From the human T2T-CHM13v2.0 reference genome, Homo sapiens: a stretch of 64,000 nucleotides of DNA. Positions 53,940 to 64,000 of this stretch are shown here, in pieces. The notes below the pieces were generated by a model, which made no database searches, was not told the origin of the DNA, and was given only the letters and a program-made list of their open reading frames with translations. The stretch lies in the NCBI RefSeq assembly GCF_009914755.1, contig NC_060930.1. One strand, 5' to 3'. The first letter of the stretch is position 1; each line of letters opens with the position of its first letter. The position numbers and the translations under genes were made by a program.

Positions 53940-54420
53940 ATTTTCATTCAAAAATATTTATTGAATGCCGGCTATGTGCTGAAGATTCTTAAGATACATC
54001 AGTGAACAAATCAAAGTTCCCTGCTTTCTTGGAGCTTGCATTCCAGCGGGAGGAGAGGATTTGGAGGAAGAATGGGATAGACAATAAATGTAAGTAATAA
54101 ATTATATAGGACTTTGAAAGGTAAAATGTTTGGGGGAAAAACATAAAATAGGGTAAAGGATATAGGTGGGGTGAGGGTTGTCCTGATGCTGTATTAAATA
54201 GGAACATCAGAGTAAGACTTGTTGAAAAGGGAGATTTCTGCCATGGTTTGAAGGAAATACCTGGAGATATCTGGAGGACAGAGCTTTTCACATGGAGGGA
54301 ACAGCCAAGATACAGCTCCAATACCTGGAATTTTTATAGACATCAATGGGAATGGTGTGGCTAGAATAAAATGAGACAGCCAGTGAACAGAAGGCCTCTC
54401 AGGTCACCGTAAGAATTCCA
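53940..54420 (-). mobile_element. LINE-2 3' region
   Basis: cattcaaaaatatttattgaatgccggctatgtgct...cagtgaacaaatcaaagttccctgc...ggagcttgcattccag. Confidence 0.85.
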
Positions 54421-54562
54421 GAAAAGCTTCATAAAAGGCAAATTTTGGGCCTTTATCACTCAGCCCCATGGAATCTGAATCTTTGTGGGCCCAGGACTCT
54501 GCATTTTTAACATGTAAAGCAATTGTTACTTATGTATTCTAAAGCACAAGACCTCCTGCCAC
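54420..54562. mobile_element. MER5-like DNA transposon fragment
   Basis: gaatctgaatctttgtgggcccaggactctgcatttttaaca. Confidence 0.65.
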
Positions 54563-54649
54563 AGAGCATGGGACCTGATATATCCAGGCAGGAGAACTGG
54601 GTACCAGGAGACACTGTACATGAAGTTTCCAGAACCAGCCATGTCCATC

Positions 54650-55112
54650 TTACTAATCAAGACTCTCTCTGTTAAATCTGCAACTCAAATGACTTTAAGG
54701 AAAAATGGATTTCATTGATTCACATAACCATCACTCAAGGACTAACTTTCAACATAGTGAGATCCTGAGGCTCAAATATTATTACCCGGTAAGGCCTTCT
54801 CCATCTCTGTTCTTATCTCTCTGCTTCACTTTGCCCTTCAGGCAAACATTCTGCAGGTTGGTGGCAGCATTCCCAGATTATCTTCTTCCTAGATAAGCAA
54901 CACAGCAGGAAAAGACCTTCTTTCCAGATAGCTCAGGCAGCCTTAGTCATGTCATTGCACCTGAACCACTTGCAGGTCTTGGGTGGAGTGATCTGATTTG
55001 GTCATGACTAGACCTGAAGAGGAGAAGGTCCTCATGGGGAAAAAAAAAAAAAAAAAAGCTGTTCCCAAAAGAAAGGAGTCTTGCAGACCAGGGGGCGGAA
55101 AGTATCCACTAT
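54650..55112 (-). mobile_element. Old MaLR LTR (MLT1J/K/L-like)
   Basis: cttagtcatgtc...cctgaaccact...tctgatttggtca...gctgttcccaaaagaaagg...tatccacta. Confidence 0.5.
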
Positions 55113-55779
55113 ATCCCTTAAGTCTTTTGGCTTAGGTTTCCCTATTTTTTATAACTAGGGATTTAGTCAAGATGATGTGCCTAATTTCCTATAAATTCTA
55201 TATAAATCATTGTAATAAAGTCCCCCCATAAAATTGTGCAAAATGAATTAACTGGCATGCCACTCTCTCAGATAAATTTATGGTACTATAAATAAGACAT
55301 TAAAGGGGTTACCTGCTATGGGATTCTGATGAATAAATAGAATATAGCCTTAGGTCTTAATAAAGAGTAATGACTTAGAACTGCCTTTCTGATGGATCTC
55401 TTGCTTCCTACTTATCTGCTTTAATTAGTATATGGAGGAAAATTAAGCAGTGTCATGATTCATGTGATGTTAAGAATACATAGGTCCCCAAAAATTAGTT
55501 GAAGAAAAGAATTTGGAGGGAAAATCTGCATGTCTGTTGAATCGTCAATAGGATACAAATCCAATCATTCTAATGTAGACAAGTCTTTTGATCCCACTAT
55601 ACATCCTTTGGCTCAGGAGTGGAGGGTGATAGTGGTAATGAAGGACCGATCAGCCAGAGCCATACTGTGATTCAAGATGACATCTGTTAGGATTGAAGGA
55701 TAAAGTGCTTACCCTCATGGGTTTTACAAGGCACACAGAGCATGCAGACATCCAACTAACCAAATGTCACCCTGTATTC

Positions 55780-55962
55780 CAGAGTTGCTCGGAATATATT
55801 CCAAAGACCACTTGTAGCAATATCTCTTGCAATGCTCAATTAAAAGCCTGGGCTACCCCCTAGATTTATAAAATCAAAATCCTCAAAATTAGGGCCTGGG
55901 AAACTCCATGTGAATAAGATCCCCGATGACTTCTATTCTCATTAAAGTTTGAGAAGCATCCC
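55780..55962. mobile_element. MER5-like DNA transposon
   Basis: cctgggctaccccctagatttataaaatcaaaatc...aaagtttgagaagca. Confidence 0.65.
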
Positions 55963-58814
55963 TTTACATACAATTTCTAGCTCACTTTGTCCCTCAGATT
56001 GAATGGGGGCTGGCTGGCTGAGAACTCCCTTCTTCCCTGTTTGTCACATTCTTCAAATTTCACGTGATCCTTTATGACAAGTTGGTCTCTTTTTCTCCTT
56101 TAAAGATATTCATGTGGCTCTTATTTTAACCAGATTTCTTCTGTACAAAAAATATGTCAGGAAAGAAATGATCCCATGAATGATCCAGCCCTGGGGATGA
56201 GAAGGGTGCAGGGGAAGGAGGGAATGGTGGGCACGGAATATACGAATGCATAGAGGGCGCGAGGGGAGGGAGAGGTCAGCTGTGGGGATGAGCAAGATGC
56301 AAGCAAACTTTGATGGTTTTCTAGCTTAGCTTAGGACCAACCCTGCCCATAGTTTATGGAAGGATACTGCATGTTTCTTCAGTCCAATCTGCTGTGAAAT
56401 GCTTGTTATATTCTAGAGAATGCTCAAGGAATGCCCAGTCAGGCCTTTATTCTGAGGAAGCTCACTGATGTCTCACAGATAACCTTCTTAAAGATGAACA
56501 AATATCAGATACAGGAGCAGCCAGTAAGACTGTCCAGGATTACCAATGCCTGAACTGCCACCTTAGATACAGGGAAATGTAGGCTTATGATACAATGTTA
56601 GCAATTTAAGAGCACCACATTAACATCATCCCCCATCCTACTTTCTTCCATCACCCTCCCCCAACTCCAAAATTGGTTAGAACTGAAATTCCTCCACTTA
56701 ACAGTCACTGCTTGGGGTTAAGGCTCTGCCTCTGTAGAAATCTTCCCGTACAAGCTAACTACAAGTGGTAGGCTCTTCTTATCCTAAGCTCTTAATCAGT
56801 CATTAACTTCTTATGAAAGATTAATTTATTAGATTGCCTTACAGAGTGACAGCTAGCTTAGTGATCAAACTGATTTATCTTGACAAAGCATAGAATGGAG
56901 ATAATATAGGAAGGTCTGGAGGGGGAGTGAGACAGAGAGATCCAAAGCTTGGACCAGACTGACATGGGCACACTAGGGCAACTAGGAATAGGATACAAAT
57001 TGAAGGGGAAAGGTGTGAAACGATGAAGGGAAAGGCAAACGCAAAAGCCACTGTCTTTGGACACAGAGGATGCCTGTGCTCAGGGCCTGTGGAGTGGGGC
57101 ATGATGATCCAGGCTTTTTAGGCAGAAGCTGGGTGGCTCTGTCAGCCCAGAGTGCAGGTGCTAGTCCTGACTCTGAGCTAGCGGGAGACCTGGGTCCCCT
57201 CTCTTAGCCTCCACTTCCTCATTCAAGCAACTAGGGGATTCCCTTTCAATCATAAGATTCTGAAATAGAAACTCCTAACAATCTAGCAGGGACAGAGAAG
57301 GGGAAAAGAAGAGAGGGAGGCATGAAAAAGAAAAATAGCAGAGAGAGCTTATCAAAGTCCAAATTCCTCCCAAGCTCTTGCAGTGGTTTCTTAGGGTAAA
57401 ACATAAATTTCCAATGTTAAAGAAATGAGAGTACATGGGCAAGGTATAGTAGGGGGTTTCAGAGAATAGTGATTTTGGTTTAAACATAGGCCATATAAAT
57501 TTGGCATACTATATGGTCCGAAAGGAGAAGTGTTGTTTCTCATTGTCAGCCATAAAACACTTTGGGAAAAATGTATTTTTCTTGATTAGTACCTAAGTCC
57601 TTGAACTTTTAGAATTCCTGAGAACAGTGACTTGACCCACTCCCAATTTATCTATTGATGTGATATCTGGTAGATCTGACCCTCTTTTATATAGGTTTGA
57701 ACCTTGAGTTTAGGGTAGTAAAACAAAAAAAGTAAAATAGTTGTCACTAAGTTTGTGCAGTGATTCAGGCCCTGACCTAGAAATTATATGTAAAATAAGG
57801 TAGCAAGTTGGAAGCATCGAAGAGAAAATGAGCAAGTAGAGGATATTATTTCTGATCCAGAGGAGGCTGCTCTCAGCAAACAAGAAGATAACAAAATTAT
57901 GCAGATGCGAAGCAGGGTGGGTTTACTTAGCTGTTACTGGGGTAACAACAGAGTCATCGCTGAAATAATCCCACTCAGTCATCCATGTGCTTCATAAACC
58001 CAAACAACAGAGAGACTAGTGTGTCATAGCAATACACCTTGTGTAAGAGGAAGAAGAAATCCATGATCTGTTTAGAAAGATTTGCACAGGAGAAAATTAA
58101 ACTCATTTTAAAATACTTTGTACTCAAAATATTCAGCCACTTGAAAAGTCCCCTTATATAGATGAGTCTGCTCCCAGTGATTCTGGTGAGTATAATGTAT
58201 TAGGAAGTTAATTATTTGTTTTGTATCTTTTTTAAAAAGATTTTTTATAAAGGAACTACTTACTCAGTATGTCATTTCCCATTGACATTCTTGTATATGT
58301 AGATGAATATGTCAATACCTTCTGTTCTGGCAAACTGATATGCTCCAGGTCCCTCTAGTGCCCTATAATTTTATCTATCATTGTTTTATAATCATTTCTC
58401 CTGCACTCTACTGTGGGATCCTCAACTAGCAGAGGCTGTGCCAATGATGTATTGTGTTGAATAAATATTCTGAGTTTTTAAGTTAATATTTTACTCCTGC
58501 CTTCTTATCTTTTCCTGGGCTCTGTGTGTAGGCCACGACACTGCCACTGAAATGTGTGAGACTCCCTTTGCTAAATAACATCTTAAATAATGACACGGGT
58601 GGGGGCATATTTCAAAACAGACCTGTGTTTAAAAAAAAATGTAGCCTTGGGGAGGCACCCTGTTCTGTTGTTATTACATCTGTCCTTCAAGGCAATGATT
58701 ATTTTCCAACAATCAGATTTTTGCCAGGCGCTTAAGGATGCCTGACCCAAGCACCACTGGTACAAAGCTCACCAAACGTCATGTGTGTAAATCAGCCCTT
58801 GATGAATTGACAAA

Positions 58815-59010
58815 AAGGCATTTTTAAAAATGTAGGTACCCAATATAAACAAATCATAAGTGTACAATTATGTTAATTTTGGCATATATTTGTGTGAGTG
58901 TAACCATTACTCTGAAAAAGATGGAGAATATTTTTAAGATTACAGAAGGCTCCCTTGTACCCCTTCCCACAGGGTACCCCTGAGATAATCTGTGTTCTAA
59001 CTTCTAAGTT
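58815..59010 (-). mobile_element. LINE-1 3' end fragment (L1MB/ME-like)
   Basis: aatcataagtgtacaattatgttaatttt...tgtaaccattact...cagaaggctcccttgtaccccttccca. Confidence 0.7.
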
Positions 59011-59059
59011 AGTTAGAAGGTTGGTTTTTGAGCAAAGATATGTTTGTATATATGCATGC

Positions 59060-59520
59060 ATGCATGTATGTATGTATTGATTTTTAAAATAATGTTTCAA
59101 GTAACCATATGCTAGACCAAGTTTGATGACTAGAGATATAGGAGTGATCAAGGCAGATGAGGCCTTTAGGTTCTATGGGCCTCACATTCTGGTTGGGAAA
59201 CTGATAGAAAACAAATTTACCAAGAAGACAGTTTCAAATCATGAAAAATGGCAAGAATAAAACAAGGTAATTGTTAGGCAATAAATAGGTAGGTAGGGTA
59301 ATATTGGATGAGGGTAGAGGTATCTGCAGGGTTGACATTTGGGCTGAGAACTGACTGAGGAAAAGCAGGGAAAAAGAGCCCCAGAAAGAGAGAACTGAAA
59401 GTGCAAAAGCCCTAAGCCAAGGAGAAGCTCTGTGCCATGAGGAACTGAAAGGCCAGTGTGGCTGGACATGGAAGGTGGGGACTGCGGAGGAGAAAGTCCT
59501 AAGAGATAATGTAAGAAAGG
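59060..59520 (-). mobile_element. LINE-2 fragment
   Basis: ggcctcacattctggttggga...gacatttgggctgagaactga...gtgcaaaagccctaag...tgaggaactgaaaggccagtgtggctgga. Confidence 0.8.
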
Positions 59521-61169
59521 CAATCAGAATGAACCAGAGGAAGATGCCTTTGTGAGCTAGATGAGTTTTGAGGAAGGGGTAGACATTGGGGATTTAAAGA
59601 TACGTATATCTTATGTGTTCTATTAATTAATTGAAAAAACTTTTCTCAGAAACAACCTTCAGTACATAAGTAATGGCTGCTGGATGTAACTTGCAATTGG
59701 GTGGCAGGTCGGCAAGGAAAGAATTCCAAACAGAGGACTTTCTGAAAGCCTAATTATACATATTGAATGTAACAAAAGGAAAATAGTTTTTAAGGTAGCA
59801 AATCCTAAAGAGAATTTAGATAATTTGGGTGCTATTCCTCACATTTTTCTATGGTTAATTAGAGAGAGCTGGGAAACACACAATGCTGCCCACAGCTCTG
59901 CCAACCCATTATGGGCACTTCTAATTTCAGATAAATGAAGCCCTTGGTTACCACCCCCAGCTTGTCTTAGAACATCCATTGTATTATCAGAGTAGATGAG
60001 TAAAAATAATAGCCTTCTGAATATCTATAAAGGGTACCTTTCTCTTATTAGTGGATAGTTACAAGTTTAAATCACGTCTCCATGTTAATGAAGCAACTCC
60101 CAAATTTACTTTGCTCTTGAAAATCTAGTTTTTCAAATTTTCTGTTTTACACAGAAAATGTGATATTTAGCTGAGTGGCTTAGTTAGAGCATCAAGTGCT
60201 AGATGTATGTAACTTTAAAAATTAGTAATTATGTGAAATCTTAAGGTGTATATATAGATACATATACATATCTTCTCTCTAGTAAATATCATGTGCACTT
60301 GTCATTTTAAAAGACATTTCTAGCAGTATAATATATTGATCCAAGTATATATAAACTTAAAGATATGCTAAAAACAAATAACCAATTGGCATCTTTAAAA
60401 TTCACCCTTCGTTAAATGAAACCATGATGCTATTTTTAAAAAACGATAATATACGTATAATGAGAAATATTAAATGTCATGGCCTGGGCAAAATTTGAAG
60501 AAGAAAAAACATCAAGACAATTGCATTTAAGTTTCCAACAAGAGATTACATCACTAGGTTTATTGTATTTATACAAATATAGTAGCAATGTTTGCAAAAT
60601 GCCCCTAAAATTCCTGAGTGAAAGCAGAAATGAAGAACATTTGCATGATTATAAATATCAGGATATCTGAAAGCATAAAGGTATTTGGTTGAGTTTTTCC
60701 ATTGTCATCCAGATTTGATTACATAGAACAAATTGAAGGCCTCTTATTGTTTTGGTGTTTCAGAACTTAGCAAAGGGGCTGCCACTCATTTCGGCTTTTT
60801 TCTTAATTATTCCAGGGTTCCATGAACTGCTTCCTCTGACATGAGATCTAACAAGGCTAAAGACTAAAATGCAGTTGTTTACAGCGTAAGTAGGAGGCCG
60901 TCCCGTGCAGTGCAAAATCAACAGAGAGGAGACAGTCCTATGCCTTCGAGAGACAGTCTGCTGATACTGTCATGATGTCTAGTGACAGGCCAGAGATCAA
61001 AACCCAACACCCTCATTTACCTGACAGTGATTTGGCCAATCCCTTAACATCTCTAAGAGCTTCATTTTTCTACAAAATTGAGACAATAGTATTTGTTTCA
61101 TAGTGTTACTGTCAGGGTTAAATGTTATACATTAAGCATTTAATATATGCTGCTTGTTTATCTAAATAT

Positions 61170-61465
61170 TCATGGTCAGGCACTAACTTCTTATGTGACT
61201 CTGAGCAATGCATTCATCTCTGTACCTGTTTCCTCATCCATAAATTGGGAGTTGAACAAGGTGAGCCCTAAGTTTCGTTCCAACTTCAATATTCTATAAT
61301 TCTTGCAACTTATATGGCCTCAGTTTTCTTATCTTTATAATGGGCATAAGAGTACCTACCTCACAGAATTTTTGAGAGGATAAAATGAATTAAGACAGGT
61401 AGAAAATTCTTAGAACAGTGCCTGCCACATTGGAAGTGCTTAATATGTATTAGCTGTGATGATGC
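61170..61465 (+). mobile_element. MIR fragments
   Basis: ctgtttcctcatccataaattggg; gcctcagttttcttatctttataatgggcataagagtacctacctcacag...ttagaacagtgcctg. Confidence 0.8.
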
Positions 61466-61616
61466 TGCTAATGATGAAGATGATAATGACCCTATTTGCA
61501 GATAGTATGGCAGCCATAAAACATTCAGTATCAGATTGATTACATTCTCTTATTTTCTGAGTCAATGCCAGAGCTACCAAGATTTTATTCTTTAAAGGTT
61601 CTTCAAGACTAAATTC

Positions 61617-61942
<326 letters not shown>

Positions 61943-62055
61943 AGAAAAGCCTAAGCTCATTTGCTTCTTAGTAAGAATTATGTTAAGATTTCCCAGTGCA
62001 GATACCCTAGGCTGCTAATTTTTTTTTCTTTTGTTATCAGTATCTTAAGAAATTA

Positions 62056-62431
<376 letters not shown>

Positions 62432-63494
62432 CTAAGAACGTACAGCCCCCAAAGCCCACACATGTTGTCAAAGCTCACTACATTTACCTAGAGAGTTTCC
62501 TGTAGTCTCCTCTTTCAAGTATTTTAAATAATGCGTAATTTCTTCATGTAACTGAAACATGTTAATGTTGAGTTGGCACAGGAAGAAAAGTTTTGATTTA
62601 CTCAGAACTGGGATTTGTGTGGGTCATTTCCTAGTCCTCCTAAGTATTTAACAAATGTAAAATGTAACACACAATTAAATAAGCTACCCAAGCCAAATGA
62701 ACTGGTGAGTGCATTATAAATAGCAACCAAAATTATTCTTCAGTTGTTAACTGGTATGTCCTGATTTAATAATGAATTACATCATTTGACAAATGAGATA
62801 AGACTTCCACCTTTAGCTTTCTGATCCAAACTTCTAATAGTTGAAATGTATTATTACCATCTGGTGTCTGGCCTCTGAAATGCCCTGGCGATATCTGCCT
62901 CATTTCAAGTAGTTGGGGCTTGCATATGCCAGCAAAGCACTCTCCGAAGTGTCTTGATTGGCAGGCCCAGAGAGAAGGCTAAGAACCGAATGAACCATGG
63001 AGATATAGCTCCAGCTCTGTAGAAGTTTCCTCTGGTTCAAGGCAGACTCATTTTCTTAGTTTGTGCAGCAAAAAAATTGTCATGATCGAAGTTGTTTTTA
63101 TTTTGGATCTCAATCCTGAAGGATGCAATTCCTATACTTACCAAGAATGTTTCCATCTGTTTTAAATTATTTCACTCCTTTTACAAACTGGCAATAATTT
63201 TAACACCTTTTATTTTCAGTGAAAATAATTCGAGAATGAAGCTGAGAATGATACATAAGCCTAGAGTTTTAACTCAGTGAAGTAATATGATTCTGACAGT
63301 TCTTTATTTTTTCCACATTGTGTTAGATTCCTAGTAAAAAGGGAAGATGAATCTTATTGCTTTCAAAAACCTGACAATATGGTATGTAGGACAGAATGAA
63401 CATACATAGAACAATATCCAATAACACAGATGAAGGTGTCAAAGCCATTGCCAGACAGAGTGGTGCAGATTGTGAGATCAGTTTTCTTGGTAAG

Positions 63495-63595
63495 TGTTAT
63501 GGACTGAATGTTGGTATTCTCTAACATTCATAGATTATAATCTAATCCCCAATGTGATGGTAGCACTATCTGGGGGTGAGACCTTTGGGAAGTAA
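63495..63595 (+). mobile_element. MaLR LTR 5' fragment (MLT1A/MST-like)
   Basis: tgttatggactgaatgtt...ctaatccccaatgtgatggta...gggggtgagacctttgggaagta. Confidence 0.75.
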
Positions 63596-64000
63596 AGGTC
63601 TTTTTCTCTCCACACCTGACCAAAAGTAGGAGCTCAACAAATGTATGTGCACTGAAATGGAATGGGGGCAAACAGCCTGGTGGTATAGTACAAAGCAAAA
63701 TTTGGTTATGGTAGGAGCAGTACAGATACATCTGGATCACAATCTAAATTCTCTCCAGGGACCAAATACATAGATTTACCCCTTGGGTTATTGGTCTGGT
63801 AGACTCTTAATTTTTAATAGGGTTTATATAATCTAGACTTCTTATAACCTCTGCCCCACTGGATATAGGTATTACTCAGTTGAAGTTAAAAATTGAATAT
63901 AGGATTATATGCAATGCTTTATCTATAACTTTCTTGTAAGGATAAACTCAGTACATCTCTGGTTTTCTAATATTTTGGAGGAAATGTTACAAATAGGTAA

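Noticed and set aside
55085-55100. CTCF-like motif AGACCAGGGGGCGG
   Set aside because: Mismatches at the first two core positions and located in an old LTR; not supportable without ChIP data.
57800-58110. Purine-rich segment that in places translates to Cys/Lys-rich words reminiscent of a transposase C-terminus or pseudo-exon
   Set aside because: Stops in all frames and no alignable motif by eye; it would need a Dfam or tBLASTn hit.

Overview
Primate (almost certainly human) genomic DNA, AT-rich and dense in old repeats. I find 14 Alu copies or fragments plus L1M, L2, MIR, MLT1 and MER elements, and no convincing protein-coding exon. There are two CpG islands: a large promoter island at about 48960-52110 and a smaller one at about 30930-31700. 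The large island contains three minus-strand splice donors (exon ends 50339, 49886, 49494), so it is the 5' end of a minus-strand gene and positions 1 to about 49490 are its long first intron. The 49886-49997 exon and the two-island layout match my recollection of human HIVEP2 (Schnurri-2/MBP-2, 6q24). That identification is from memory and needs a BLAT check. I did not find a clearly new biological system. The best leads are: (i) two long unique-sequence hairpins (35641-35738, nearly perfect, and 29386-29506); (ii) three apparent templated-insertion or template-switch scars (4343-4489, 21059-21108 with donor 21524-21553, and a near-identical 42-bp MIR segment at 15922 and 17416); (iii) a predicted spliced 83-aa uORF and several candidate first exons that leave an AUG frame open at phase 0; (iv) clustered kB, STAT, C/EBP and AP-1 motifs that suggest inflammatory induction and possible autoregulation. 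Repeat subfamily names and boundaries are by eye and approximate.
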